Source: Gammaproteobacteria bacterium (GTDB lineage: Bacteria > Pseudomonadota > Gammaproteobacteria > Ga0077536). From it: 64,000 nt of DNA. The stretch lies in NCBI GenBank assembly GCA_963662545.2, contig CAXXLL010000003.1, positions 672,001 to 736,000 of the forward strand, written 5' to 3'. The notes under the pieces were generated by a model. It was not told where the DNA came from. It did no database searches and saw only the letters and a list, made by a program, of their open reading frames with translations. Shown here one piece after another: positions 1-11,045 of the stretch (position 1 is its first letter; every line of letters starts with the position of its first letter). The translations under genes were made by a program, and so were the position numbers.

Positions 1-1
1 G

Positions 2-1033
2 GAAGAACTCGCGGTCACTGCCGATCTTGTAAGCATGGGCAACATCAGCGACCCGTTGGGCGGGTATATCGCACGAACAGCGGCCGAAGGCGTGGGCCGC
101 GACGAACTAGCGACTGACATGGCGTTTCTCGAACGCCTGTGGGATTCGATTTCTGAGCGCATGAAAAGTGCGACCGCACCCGCGCTGATTCATGAAGACC
201 TCCCTTTGACGCTGCGCACGATCCGCGACATCTCGACCTCTTCTGCGGACAGAATCCGTATCGATTCAAAGGAGAGTTTCGACGAAATCAAGAAATTCGC
301 CAAACAATTCACACCGGAACTCGTATCCCGGCTGGAACACTATCCCGGCGAGCGACCGATCCTCGACATCTATTCGGCGGAAGACGAAATTCATCGTGCG
401 CTGCAACGCAAAGTAGAATTGAAATCCGGCGGACACCTGATGTTCGACCAGACTGAGGCGATGACTACCATCGACGTCAATACGGGCGGATTCGTCGGAC
501 ACCGCAACCTCGAGGAAACCATTTTCAAGACCAATCTCGAGGCCGCGCAGGCGATCGCTCGCCAGCTTCGCCTGCGCAATCTCGGCGGCATCATCATCAT
601 CGATTTCATCGACATGACGAATCCTGAACATCAGCGCCAGGTTCTGCGGGCATTGGAAAAGAGCCTCGAACGCGGTCATTCGAAAACCTCCATCAGCGAA
701 GTGACCTCGCTCGGACTGGTGCAACTCACGCGAAAACGCACACGCGAAAGTCTGGAACATATCCTGTGCGAACCCTGCCCCACCTGTAAAGGCCGAGGCT
801 CAGTCAAGACTACGGAAACCGTGTGCTTCGAGATCTTTCGAGAGATCCTGCGCGAAGCCCGCCAGTTCGATGCCCAGAAGCTGCTCGTGGTCGCGTCGCT
901 GGAGGTCGTCGACCGGCTCATCGACGAAGAGTCGGCGAGTATTTCAGAATTGCACGAATTCATCGGCATTCCGATTCGATTTCAGGTGGAAACGAGCTAT
1001 ACGCAGGAGCAATATGACATCGTCCTACTGTAA
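2..1033 (+). CDS. rng: Ribonuclease G (RNase E/G family), 5'-truncated by the window edge
   Basis: Motifs TEAMTTIDVNTG, NLEAAQAIARQLRLRNLGGIIIIDFID, Zn-link CPTC; ends QEQYDIVLL. Frame is open back to base 2; followed by yhdP. Confidence 0.96.
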   Translation, partial: EELAVTADLVSMGNISDPLGGYIARTAAEGVGRDELATDMAFLERLWDSISERMKSATAPALIHEDLPLTLRTIRDISTSSADRIRIDSKESFDEIKKFAKQFTPELVSRLEHYPGERPILDIYSAEDEIHRALQRKVELKSGGHLMFDQTEAMTTIDVNTGGFVGHRNLEETIFKTNLEAAQAIARQLRLRNLGGIIIIDFIDMTNPEHQRQVLRALEKSLERGHSKTSISEVTSLGLVQLTRKRTRESLEHILCEPCPTCKGRGSVKTTETVCFEIFREILREARQFDAQKLLVVASLEVVDRLIDEESASISELHEFIGIPIRFQVETSYTQEQYDIVLL

Positions 1034-1114
1034 GCTTCACGCCACCGAACCGGTCGACAAATTTGAGCCGCGAAGCCACGCAAGCATCGACATGAGAGGC
1101 ACAAGATCGACGCG

Positions 1115-4100
1115 ATGAGAGGGATTTTCCAGCGTCTTATAGGTTTTCTCTGGGCTGCTTTCGCAGCCGTACTGATTGCCGCCGCTGCACTGGTCACGAT
1201 CGTGCGTCTGCTGCTCCCGGAAATCGGGGCCCAGCGCGCGGCAATCGAAGTCTGGATCGCCGAGACGGTCGGGCGCCCCGCGTTGGTCGGTGACATCAAG
1301 GCGAGTTGGAGCGGTTGGTCACCGCGAATCAGCGTCGACAAGATTGCCTTCTATGATCCATCGGCCTCCTCGGAGCTTGTCAGTTTCGATCGCGCCGTGA
1401 TCAATATCGCGCCGTTAGGCTCAATTATCGAGAGAACGCTCAAGCCGAAGAGCTTGATTTTGAGCGGCGTTGAGCTGACGCTCATTCGTCACGAAGACGG
1501 TCACATCTCAGTGGCCGGCATGCCGCCGCCTAAATCACCGATCATCGTGTGGTTGATCGAGCAGAACAATTTCGCGGTCACCGAAGCGGATCTCACCGTC
1601 ATTGACGTGCAGTCTGATTCGAGCTTCGTGCTATCCGACGTAACCTTGACCATACGCAACCAGGATGGGCGGCGATTGCTATCCGGATACGTGGATCTTC
1701 CGCCATCGTGGGGGCGGCGCCTTTCGTTCGAATTGTCCGCAACGGGAGACTTGCTGGGCTCGGACTGGGACGGCAGGATCAATTTCCGCCTGGACGACAT
1801 CCACTCGGAGATTCTGAGCGAGCATCTCGCTTGGCAGGGTGAACCACCGCCGAACGCAAGGGCGACCCTGGTCGCGTGGACCGACTGGAGTCGGGCAAAG
1901 CTGCAGACGGCAAGTTTCGATTTGCGCGTCGATACGCCGGTCGGCCGGGCATTCACAGCTGAGGACGGCCACTTTCTCCACGCCCGGGGCTCGGTGTCCC
2001 GGCGCTTGGCTGGCTGGCTTGTCGATGTCGAAGAAATCGATATGCCATCGGTTGTAACCGGGGCCGCGGCCGGCGCGAGTTTCAGCACGGCTTGGGAAAC
2101 CCGGCAGGGGACGCTGCATTCGGTGGTGATATCGGGTCACGATCTACCGCTCGAACCGGTTGCAACGCTCGCGGCCAGTCTCCTGCCGCTGGATGCTTCA
2201 ATTCGAGATCACGTGCTGCAGACGAACCCCAGCGGCACGATGCGCCGCTTTGACGCATCTTTTAATCGCGACGAGGAAGGTCGCATAAGCTATCTCGTCA
2301 CGACCGATCTCCAGCATCTATCGTTCAACAGCAACGAAAACTTTCCGGGCGTCACTGGACTCGATGCCAGCCTGAGCTGGGGTACGGAAGGCGGCTGGCT
2401 CGCGCTGACACAGTCCGATTTCAAGATTGATTACGACGCCCGCCTGCCACAGGCGCTCGATGTCGCGAATCTGAGCGGCAACCTGTCGTGGCGGCAGACC
2501 GGCGATGAGACTCTTGAGGTGCACGCCCGCACGCTCAAAGGCGTCATTGAAGGCGTCGAACTCGTCCTCAACGGGACCCTTCAAATGCGCGCCGGCACCG
2601 CTCCCGTGATTGATTTCACCGCGGACATCGCCGGGGCGGATGCGGTGCGCCTGCATCACCTGCTGCCGTCGGGCATCGTACCCAAACGTGGAGAGGACTG
2701 GTCGCGCGAACTGTTCGTGGAAGGCCGGGTGACCGACGGGCGCGTCGTGGTTCGAGGACCACTCGCCGGCTTTCCTTTCGATAAGGCCGAAGGCGTTCTG
2801 CAGGCCGACTTCGGTATCAAGAATGCAATCGTCAAATATTCGAGACGCTGGCCGCTCGCGACCGCGTTAAACGGCCGTCTGAAACTGCGTGGCAGGCAGG
2901 TCGAACTCAAGATTGACCGCGGGTTCGTCGCGCGCGCGAATATCGCGGGCGCGGAGGTGACGGTGCCCGACCTCTTCACCAAGAAGCGATTCGTACGCAT
3001 CAGCGGCACCGCGCATGGACCGGCCTCGAGCGCGACCGACATTATCATGGCCAGTCCGCTCAAGCTCACTAAAGCTGCCCGGATCCAGAATGTCGATATC
3101 AGCGGCGACATCGAAGTTGCGCTAGACATGAATCTCGCCCTCTACCGCGGCGGTCCCAAGGAAGTGCTGGGACAGGCGCACTTTCGCGGCAACCGTACTG
3201 CAGCGCGGCAACACAATATCGTCCTCGAAAACGTGTTTGGTAATGTGAGCTTTACCCGGGGCGACTGGTATGGCGAAGGGCTGACCGCGGAATTCGACGG
3301 CAGCGCGGTCGGCCTTGTCGTTAACGGCGGTCTCGACGACCCGAATTACGACAGCGAGTTTCGCATGACGGGCACGTCCGATGCAGCGGAACTCGTCAAG
3401 TACCTCAAGAGGTATGCATCACCGCTTTACGCGTGGCTCGAATCCAAAGGCCGGATCGGATCGCTCAACGGCGCCCTGCCGTGGAAAGCAGTACTGACGA
3501 TTCCAACGCCGAGCGACGACGGGTCGACCTTGCCGCGCCGCTTGACCCTCGAGTCTAGCCTCTTGGGCCTCGACGTGGATCTGCCTTGGCCGTTCGGAAA
3601 ACATTCCGCCGAGAGCAAACCCCTGCGCATTGAAACGGTGCTCAAGGATCGAATTGCACTGGCGACCCGAATCGACTTTGGCGACACGATGGACGTCGAA
3701 ATTACATCGCGCCCGGGCGCAGACGGAAAAGGCGTGGTCGAAAGGATCGAAGTGCTGTTCGGATCGATTGCGCCCGAGTTCAAGCATGCCCCGGGGATCA
3801 CGATGCGGGGCTACATTCCACAGTTGTCGCTGACCGAATGGGCCGGTTATCTTCATGGCGACCAAAACGCCCGCGCCGGCGAATTCGCCTCAATGCCCGC
3901 GAATTTCGATATTCAGGTCAAGCAGTTGCACATGTTTGGACGAACGATTGAGGACGTGCGGCTGCTTGGTTCTAAGGAGCCGGAATATTGGAATGTCGAG
4001 GTATCGAGCGTGGACGCCAGCGGCCGCATCGCGATACCCCAGGATATCACCAAGGGTTCCCTGAAACTGGATCTCGAACGCCTCCACCTCGTAAAAATAG

Positions 4101-4957
4101 AAAACGAGAACGAGGATGTTGTCTTCGATCTCGATCCGAGGCGTATTCCAACGCTTGAATTCGCCTGCCAATCATTTCAGTTTAAAGCGGTCGAATTTGG
4201 ACGGACTGAAATCAGGACGACCCGGCTGGACAAGGGCTTGAAGCTCGATAGGCTCACCTTCAACAATGCTGATTTCTCGGTAGAGGCCGTCGGTGATTGG
4301 ATCATCGATGAACGCCTCCACAGCAGCCGGTTGACCATTGACGTCGAGAGCGGCGCCCTCGCTCCGTTGCTCGAACGCTTCGACTATACCGTAGCGAATA
4401 TCGAAGGCGGCGCAACCAACATACACATCGATGCCAGTTGGCAGGGAACGCCGGCTGATTTTACGCTTGACCGCATGACCGGAACATTTGAATTGCACGT
4501 CGTCGACGGACGTTTTCTGGACATTGACCCGGGCAGTGGCCGGCTGTTCGGATTGCTCAGCCTACAGACCTTGCCCAGGCGACTCTCTTTCGATTTCACG
4601 GACTTGTTCAAAAAAGGCTTCACCTTCGACAGCATCGACGGCGTGTTCGAGCTGGAACTCGGCAACGCCTATACCAACAGCCTGCTAATGGACGGCCCCG
4701 CCGCGCGCATCGACATATCTGGACGCACCGGGCTTGCGGAAAAGGATTACGACCAGCACGTCGTCGTCACGCCGGCCTTGTCGAGCAGCATTCCCCTGGC
4801 CGCCGCCCTGTTTGGACCAATCGGCATCGGCGCCGGCGCGGTCTATTTCATCGGCGAAAAAATGTTCAAATCCATTCCCGAGCAAGTTAATAAATTTCTG
4901 ACGCGCAAATATACGATCAAAGGGTCGTGGGAAGACCCCATGGTCGAACGAATCTGA
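1115..4957 (+). CDS. yhdP: YhdP / AsmA-like envelope lipid-transport protein
   Basis: 1280 aa, N-terminal TM helix, C-terminal GRLFGLLSLQTLPRRLSFDF and Y-x-I-x-GSWEDP; typical position after rng. Confidence 0.92.
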   Translation: MRGIFQRLIGFLWAAFAAVLIAAAALVTIVRLLLPEIGAQRAAIEVWIAETVGRPALVGDIKASWSGWSPRISVDKIAFYDPSASSELVSFDRAVINIAPLGSIIERTLKPKSLILSGVELTLIRHEDGHISVAGMPPPKSPIIVWLIEQNNFAVTEADLTVIDVQSDSSFVLSDVTLTIRNQDGRRLLSGYVDLPPSWGRRLSFELSATGDLLGSDWDGRINFRLDDIHSEILSEHLAWQGEPPPNARATLVAWTDWSRAKLQTASFDLRVDTPVGRAFTAEDGHFLHARGSVSRRLAGWLVDVEEIDMPSVVTGAAAGASFSTAWETRQGTLHSVVISGHDLPLEPVATLAASLLPLDASIRDHVLQTNPSGTMRRFDASFNRDEEGRISYLVTTDLQHLSFNSNENFPGVTGLDASLSWGTEGGWLALTQSDFKIDYDARLPQALDVANLSGNLSWRQTGDETLEVHARTLKGVIEGVELVLNGTLQMRAGTAPVIDFTADIAGADAVRLHHLLPSGIVPKRGEDWSRELFVEGRVTDGRVVVRGPLAGFPFDKAEGVLQADFGIKNAIVKYSRRWPLATALNGRLKLRGRQVELKIDRGFVARANIAGAEVTVPDLFTKKRFVRISGTAHGPASSATDIIMASPLKLTKAARIQNVDISGDIEVALDMNLALYRGGPKEVLGQAHFRGNRTAARQHNIVLENVFGNVSFTRGDWYGEGLTAEFDGSAVGLVVNGGLDDPNYDSEFRMTGTSDAAELVKYLKRYASPLYAWLESKGRIGSLNGALPWKAVLTIPTPSDDGSTLPRRLTLESSLLGLDVDLPWPFGKHSAESKPLRIETVLKDRIALATRIDFGDTMDVEITSRPGADGKGVVERIEVLFGSIAPEFKHAPGITMRGYIPQLSLTEWAGYLHGDQNARAGEFASMPANFDIQVKQLHMFGRTIEDVRLLGSKEPEYWNVEVSSVDASGRIAIPQDITKGSLKLDLERLHLVKIENENEDVVFDLDPRRIPTLEFACQSFQFKAVEFGRTEIRTTRLDKGLKLDRLTFNNADFSVEAVGDWIIDERLHSSRLTIDVESGALAPLLERFDYTVANIEGGATNIHIDASWQGTPADFTLDRMTGTFELHVVDGRFLDIDPGSGRLFGLLSLQTLPRRLSFDFTDLFKKGFTFDSIDGVFELELGNAYTNSLLMDGPAARIDISGRTGLAEKDYDQHVVVTPALSSSIPLAAALFGPIGIGAGAVYFIGEKMFKSIPEQVNKFLTRKYTIKGSWEDPMVERI

Positions 4958-5041
4958 ACACCGCTTCGTTGAATACCATCTGGAACACGCGCGCGGTTGA
5001 TGACTTCCTGGCGCGCCAGCTCTTTCCCCCGACGGTACTGC

Positions 5042-6178
5042 ATGCTTATCTCAGAAACTGAATCCTGGCTGCCGGTAGAACTGCGCGAACAAGCGGACAA
5101 GCTACACGTCGTCGTCGCTATGTCAGGCGGCGTCGATTCGTCCGTCGCCGCGTTACGCGTTAAACGCGCCGGATTCAAATGCTCGGCCTTGTTCATGAAA
5201 AACTGGAACGAACCGCCGGATGACGGCCGCTGTAATTGGGAAGACGACGTCGCCGACGCCCTCGGCGTGTGTGATCACCTCGACATCCCGATCAACACGA
5301 TCGATCTTTCGCGCACTTATTGGGATCAGGTGTTTGAAGATTTCCTGGCGGAATACCGGCAGGGTCGCACTCCCAATCCCGACGTACTTTGCAATCGTGA
5401 AATAAAATTCAAGGCCTTCCTCGATGCGGCGAGGACAATCGGAGGAGATCTCATTGCCACCGGGCATTACGTCGCCTCGGATACGGTGAACGGCCGACGG
5501 CGCCTGTTGAAGGGGACGGATCGGACCAAGGATCAAAGCTATTTCCTCTACACGCTGGGCCAGGTGCCGCTTGCGGCATCGCTGTTTCCCGTCGGCGGCC
5601 TCGAAAAGACCGAAGTCCGCCGCCTCGCACGCGAAGCGGGGCTAGCCACGCACGAAAAGAAAGACAGCACGGGAATCTGCTTTATCGGGGAACAGCGTTT
5701 CCGCGAATTTTTGAGTCGCTACCTGCCCTCCCAACCGGGCCAGGTCATCACGCTCGAAGGCGACGTCATCGGCAACCATCACGGCGCGGTTTACTACACG
5801 CTGGGCCAACGCCAGGGACTCGGGATCGGCGGTGTCAGAGGTGCCGATAAGTTGCCGTGGTTCGTTGCCGGCAAGAATCTTGAATCCAACGAACTCGTCG
5901 TCGTGCAGGGCCACGATCACCCCGCCCTGATGCGCACCGCGCTCATCGCCGACGAACTGAGCTGGGTCGCGGGAAACGCGCACAGCATGCCATTTCGCTG
6001 CAAGGCCAAAACGCGATACCGGCAAACGGAGCAGGCTTGCGAAATCGAGCGCATCGACGACGGCCGCGCTGAAGTCCGCTTCGATAAACCGCAGCGTGCA
6101 GTCACACCGGGCCAGTCCGTGGTGTTTTACGACGAAGACGTTTGCATCGGTGGCGGCATCATCGACGCGACCGAGTAG
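5042..6178 (+). CDS. mnmA: tRNA 2-thiouridine(34) synthase
   Basis: SGGVDS PP-loop, FMKNW, TPNPDVLCNREIKF, ATGHY, KDQSYFL, KKDSTGICFIG, AVTPGQ. Start taken at ATG 5042. Confidence 0.97.
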   Translation: MLISETESWLPVELREQADKLHVVVAMSGGVDSSVAALRVKRAGFKCSALFMKNWNEPPDDGRCNWEDDVADALGVCDHLDIPINTIDLSRTYWDQVFEDFLAEYRQGRTPNPDVLCNREIKFKAFLDAARTIGGDLIATGHYVASDTVNGRRRLLKGTDRTKDQSYFLYTLGQVPLAASLFPVGGLEKTEVRRLAREAGLATHEKKDSTGICFIGEQRFREFLSRYLPSQPGQVITLEGDVIGNHHGAVYYTLGQRQGLGIGGVRGADKLPWFVAGKNLESNELVVVQGHDHPALMRTALIADELSWVAGNAHSMPFRCKAKTRYRQTEQACEIERIDDGRAEVRFDKPQRAVTPGQSVVFYDEDVCIGGGIIDATE

Positions 6179-6184
6179 ACTTAA

Positions 6185-6346
6185 GGAAGCTCTGAGTAAG
6201 TCATGGTGCGTCTGAATGGTTCATGCAATGGTGCAGATCAAGGCACGAATCGCCGGCCATAGCGGCGACTAGGGCTAAGCTTCGTAACGTAAGGCTCCGC
6301 GATTTCATGGGTAAGGCAGATGGGCCATGACTTTTTCAGAGATTCC
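6185..6346. mobile_element. MITE family A, copy 1 (inverted relative to the other copies)
   Basis: 162 bp; ends GGAAGCTCTGAGTAAGTCATGG / CCATGACTTTTTCAGAGATTCC; TTAA on both sides (6181-6184, 6347-6350). Reverse complement aligns with the copies at 14160, 34054 and 49655. Confidence 0.9.
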
Positions 6347-6447
6347 TTAACTACACCTATGCGATTGAATTGCCGATAATAGGTGGCCCTTCCCCTCGAT
6401 TCGACATGCCGCCGGATCCGGCAGCGGCGGAAAATGATGGAGATAAG

Positions 6448-9111
6448 ATGAACAATTCATTCGACGCCCGCACCGAACTCATTGTCGGTGACACGACATA
6501 CACGATTTTCAGCGTGGCCCGCCTGGCAGGCAAATACCCGATCGAAAAGCTGCCTTTTTCCCAGAAGATCCTGCTTGAAAACATGCTGCGCCACGAAGAC
6601 GGGGTCGCCGTTACAAAAGACGACATCGAGGCGTTGGCGAACTGGGACGCCAAGGCAGCGCCCAGCCAGGAAATCGCGTTTACCCCCGCACGCGTCTTGA
6701 TGCAGGATTTCACCGGCGTCCCTGCGGTGGTGGATCTCGCTGCCATGCGCGATGCGATGACAAAGTTGGGCGGCGATCCGACGAAGATCAATCCGCTGTC
6801 ACCGGCCGAACTCGTAATTGACCACTCGGTGCAGGTCGACGTGTTCGGAACCGCCAACGCCGCCGAGGAGAATGCGCGCATTGAATTTAAGCGAAACAAA
6901 GAGCGCTACAGTTTCCTACGATGGGGCCAGGAAGCGTTCTCGAACTTCGCGGTCGTTCCGCCTGATACCGGTATCGTGCACCAGGTCAATCTCGAGTACC
7001 TCGCACGCACTGTGTTCGCCGCGAAACTAGACGGCGACTGGGTGGCCTACCCGGACACCCTGGTCGGCACCGATTCGCATACGACCATGATCAACGGACT
7101 CGGTGTGCTGGGATGGGGCGTGGGCGGCATCGAGGCCGAAGCCGCCATGCTGGGCCAGCCCATTACGATGCTGATCCCGCAGGTCGTTGGATTCAAACTC
7201 ACCGGCAAGCTGCACGAAGTATCGACGGCGACCGATCTAGTACTTCGCGTCGTCGAGATGCTCCGCGAGAAGGGCGTGGTCGGCAAGTTCGTCGAATTCT
7301 TCGGACCCGGTCTCGACGACTTGCCGCTTGCGGATCGCGCAACCCTGGCCAACATGGCGCCGGAATACGGCGCCACCTGCGGCATCTTTCCGATCGACGG
7401 GGAGACGATTAATTACTTGAATCTTTCGGGGCGTAAAGCCAAGCAAGTGGCCCTGGTCGAAGCCTACGCCAAGACGACCGGCATGTGGCGCGACGCCGCA
7501 AGCGCCGACGCCCAATATTCAGATACGCTCGAACTCGACATGGGATCCGTCGAACCGAGCCTCGCTGGTCCTACGCGGCCGCAGGATCGCATTGCGCTCA
7601 AGGCCGTCAAGTCGGCGTTTACGACACTGCTCGAAGAGGCGACGAGCGACCGGGCCGCGGGTGGTAGCGCGCCAGCGGAAATCAACGGCGAAACCGTTGA
7701 AATCCGTGACGGAGCCGTTGTGATCGCGGCGATCACGTCTTGCACGAACACCTCCAATCCCTCGGTCATGGTCGGTGCCGGCCTGCTCGCTAAAAAAGCC
7801 AACGAATGTGGCCTCAAGTCCAAACCATGGGTCAAAACCAGTCTCGCACCGGGCTCGCTGGTGGTATCGGCTTATCTCGACAAAGCCGGCCTGACGCCAC
7901 ACCTTCAAGCACTCGGTTTTCATACCGTCGGATACGGTTGCACGACCTGCATTGGCAATTCGGGCCCCCTGCCGACGCCGATTAGTGGCGCCATCAAATC
8001 GGGTGACCTGGTGGCCTGCGCCGTGCTCTCGGGTAACCGCAATTTCGAGGGCCGCATACACGCCGAAGTTAAAATGAACTTCCTGGCATCGCCGCCACTG
8101 GTCGTCGCCTACGCCATCGCCGGTACCCTGGACATCGATCTATTCAACGAACCGATCGGACAGGATGCCCACGGCAAGGATGTCTCACTCGAGGACATCT
8201 GGCCGACGGCGCAGGAAATACAGGAGACTATCGCCGCCGCCATCGATTCCGACATGTATTCGACAGGTTACGAAAACGTGTTCAAGGGCGACGCGCAATG
8301 GGCGGGTATCCAGGTTTCCGCGTCCAACCAGTATGCATGGGACGACACCTCGACTTACGTCAAGAATCCGCCCTACTTCGTCGACATGCCGAGGGAGCCT
8401 GAAAGCATCCGGCCGATCGCGGGCGCTCGCGTGCTGGCAAAGTTGGGCGATTCCATCACCACGGACCACATCTCACCCGCCGGATCGATCAAGGCCGACA
8501 GCCCGGCCGGCGAATACCTGATCAGTAACGGTGTACAACCCGTCGATTTCAATTCCTATGGATCGAGGCGCGGTAATCACGAGGTCATGATGCGCGGCAC
8601 GTTCGGGAATATCCGGCTGCGCAATCAACTCGCGCCGGGAACAGAAGGCGGCTGGACCCGGCACCAACCGTCCGGCGACGAGATGTCGATTTACGATGCG
8701 GCGATGCGCTATCAGGAAGAAAACATCCCCCTGCTCGTGCTCGCCGGCAAGGAGTACGGCACCGGTTCGTCGCGCGACTGGGCCGCCAAAGGCACGCTGC
8801 TGTTAGGCGTACGCGCCGTCCTCACCGAAAGCTTCGAGCGCATTCACCGCTCCAATCTCGTCGGTATGGGCGTTTTGCCGCTGATCTTTAAGGACGGACA
8901 AAATGCCGAGTCACTCGGCTTGACCGGCACCGAAACTTACGCGGTCGAGGGCCTCGATCTGGGCGTCAGTGAGGTCACCGTGGTCGCCGACGACGGTGAA
9001 GGAACGCCCACCCGGTTTCCTTGTACCGTACGCGTCGATACGCCCAAGGAATGGGAGTACTACCAAAACGGCGGGATCCTGCAATACGTACTGCGCCAGC
9101 TGGCAGCTTGA
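6448..9111 (+). CDS. acnA: Aconitate hydratase A
   Basis: [56 protein letters not shown]; ATG 6448 preceded by GGAG. Confidence 0.98.
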   Translation: MNNSFDARTELIVGDTTYTIFSVARLAGKYPIEKLPFSQKILLENMLRHEDGVAVTKDDIEALANWDAKAAPSQEIAFTPARVLMQDFTGVPAVVDLAAMRDAMTKLGGDPTKINPLSPAELVIDHSVQVDVFGTANAAEENARIEFKRNKERYSFLRWGQEAFSNFAVVPPDTGIVHQVNLEYLARTVFAAKLDGDWVAYPDTLVGTDSHTTMINGLGVLGWGVGGIEAEAAMLGQPITMLIPQVVGFKLTGKLHEVSTATDLVLRVVEMLREKGVVGKFVEFFGPGLDDLPLADRATLANMAPEYGATCGIFPIDGETINYLNLSGRKAKQVALVEAYAKTTGMWRDAASADAQYSDTLELDMGSVEPSLAGPTRPQDRIALKAVKSAFTTLLEEATSDRAAGGSAPAEINGETVEIRDGAVVIAAITSCTNTSNPSVMVGAGLLAKKANECGLKSKPWVKTSLAPGSLVVSAYLDKAGLTPHLQALGFHTVGYGCTTCIGNSGPLPTPISGAIKSGDLVACAVLSGNRNFEGRIHAEVKMNFLASPPLVVAYAIAGTLDIDLFNEPIGQDAHGKDVSLEDIWPTAQEIQETIAAAIDSDMYSTGYENVFKGDAQWAGIQVSASNQYAWDDTSTYVKNPPYFVDMPREPESIRPIAGARVLAKLGDSITTDHISPAGSIKADSPAGEYLISNGVQPVDFNSYGSRRGNHEVMMRGTFGNIRLRNQLAPGTEGGWTRHQPSGDEMSIYDAAMRYQEENIPLLVLAGKEYGTGSSRDWAAKGTLLLGVRAVLTESFERIHRSNLVGMGVLPLIFKDGQNAESLGLTGTETYAVEGLDLGVSEVTVVADDGEGTPTRFPCTVRVDTPKEWEYYQNGGILQYVLRQLAA

Positions 9112-9384
9112 CTCTTTGAGACGTGATCTCAATCCTCATGTTAGGTATTCAGGCAAGCCGCGCGGGCAGCGACAGGGCGCAATCTATGCCTAAAAGATGA
9201 GCGCCGGGGAAGTCCGCATAGCGCAGGATCGACTTTCAACACGCATATTGAGGCCACTTTTAGTTAACTTTTAAGTTTAAAGCGCCGCTATCCCTCTCTG
9301 GAGTAAGTCTGCAAGGACTTCGGCTGCATGGGGTACGGCGCGATGGCAACAACGGCTGATAGAGTTTTCGGGGGACGGAGAACC

Positions 9385-10890
9385 ATGCCTGCACACACGA
9401 TGGCACAGGCTTTTGCCAAGAATTTCCTGGGCCATTCGCCCGGCTGGTACAAGCTCACCATCATCGGCTTTCTGGTCTTAAACCCTATCCTGCTCGTCAC
9501 CGTCGGCCCCTTCATCACGGGCTGGTGCCTGATCCTGGAATTTATCTTTTGTCTCGCAATGGCGCTCAAGTGCTACCCGCTGCAACCGGGCGGACTGCTC
9601 GCGATCGAGGCCGTGGTGGTCGGACTCACCACGCCGGACACGGTGTACGACGAAATCCTGCAAAACTTCCCCGTGATCCTGCTGCTCATGTTCATGGTCG
9701 CCGGCATCTTCTTTCTCAAAGAATTGCTGCTCTTCACGTTCACCAAGATCCTGCTCAAGGTGCGCTCCAAAGCACTCTTGTCGCTTCTGTTCTGCGGAGT
9801 CTCCGCGGTACTGTCGGCCTTCCTGGATGCCCTCACGGTGACAGCCGTCATCATCACGGTCGCCGAAGGGTTTTACCTCGTCTACCACAAGATTGCCTCC
9901 GGCAAGCAATACACGAGTGATCACGATGCCTCAGGGGATGATGAGGTTCAGGAACTCCATCGATCGGACCTCGATGAATTCCGCGCATTCCTGCGAACCC
10001 TCATGATGCACGGCGCCATCGGCACGGCACTGGGGGGCGTGTGCACACTGGTCGGCGAACCGCAGAATCTGCTGATCGCTAAGATGGCCGGCTGGGAGTT
10101 CGCCGAATTCTTCGTGCGTATGGCGCCGGTTACCATGCCGGTGCTCGCCGTCGGGTTAACGACCTGCGTGTTGCTAGAGAAACTGCACTGGTTCGGCTTC
10201 GGCCAGGAACTGCCGGACAACGTGCGTATAATTCTGATTGGTTACGACACCCACGAAACCGAGAAGCGCACCCTACAGGACGTCGCCCAGCTCTGGGTGC
10301 AAGGGATCACCGGGGTGTTTCTGTGTTTTGCGCTCGGTTTCCACCTCGCCGAAGTCGGCGTCATCGGACTCACGGTTATCGTGCTCGCCACCGCCTTTAA
10401 CGGTATCACCGAAGAACATCGGCTGGGCCATGCTTTCGAGGAAGCGCTGCCGTTTACGGCGCTGCTCGTGGTCTTTTTCAGCATCGTTGCCGTCATTCAC
10501 GATCAGCACCTGTTCACACCCGTGATCGCATGGGGGCTCGCCATGGAAGGCAACATGCAGACCGCGGCGTTCTACGTTGCGAATGGCGTTCTTTCGATGA
10601 TCAGCGACAACGTGTTCGTCGCTACCGTTTACATCTCCGAAGTGTTCAAAGCCCTCGACGCCGGCCAGATCACGCGCGAACAGTTCGACCTTCTCGCCGT
10701 CGCCATCAACACCGGCACCAATATCCCGAGCGTGGCCACACCGAACGGGCAGGCCGCATTCCTGTTCTTGTTGACGTCGGCCATCGCGCCGGTCATTCGG
10801 CTGTCTTACGGACGCATGGTGTGGATGGCATTGCCGTATACGATCACGATGTCCATCACGGGCTTGCTCGCGGTGATCTACCTGTTGTGA
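9385..10890 (+). CDS. nhaB: Na+/H+ antiporter NhaB
   Basis: [70 protein letters not shown]; ATG 9385 after GGAG. Confidence 0.96.
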   Translation: MPAHTMAQAFAKNFLGHSPGWYKLTIIGFLVLNPILLVTVGPFITGWCLILEFIFCLAMALKCYPLQPGGLLAIEAVVVGLTTPDTVYDEILQNFPVILLLMFMVAGIFFLKELLLFTFTKILLKVRSKALLSLLFCGVSAVLSAFLDALTVTAVIITVAEGFYLVYHKIASGKQYTSDHDASGDDEVQELHRSDLDEFRAFLRTLMMHGAIGTALGGVCTLVGEPQNLLIAKMAGWEFAEFFVRMAPVTMPVLAVGLTTCVLLEKLHWFGFGQELPDNVRIILIGYDTHETEKRTLQDVAQLWVQGITGVFLCFALGFHLAEVGVIGLTVIVLATAFNGITEEHRLGHAFEEALPFTALLVVFFSIVAVIHDQHLFTPVIAWGLAMEGNMQTAAFYVANGVLSMISDNVFVATVYISEVFKALDAGQITREQFDLLAVAINTGTNIPSVATPNGQAAFLFLLTSAIAPVIRLSYGRMVWMALPYTITMSITGLLAVIYLL

Positions 10891-11045
10891 GCGCGTGTGT
10901 TTGATGCGGTAGCGGCAGGACGCACGGCGCGCTCACGCATTCGGGGGAGTACCCGCTCCGCAAAACACCCAGTGGTTCTCGACCTGCGGCTGACTGCCGG
11001 GTCCAAAATCGACGCATACACGGCTTTCGTTCATGCTCAACGGCT

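Noticed and set aside
9112-9384. Possible Na+/Li+ riboswitch upstream of nhaB
   Set aside because: The spacer is long, but I could not match a known motif by eye; an Infernal search with the nhaA-I, nhaA-II and DUF1646 models would settle it.
10891-11040. Possible degenerate fourth MITE after nhaB
   Set aside because: Only loose end complementarity, no clear target duplication and no second copy in the window.
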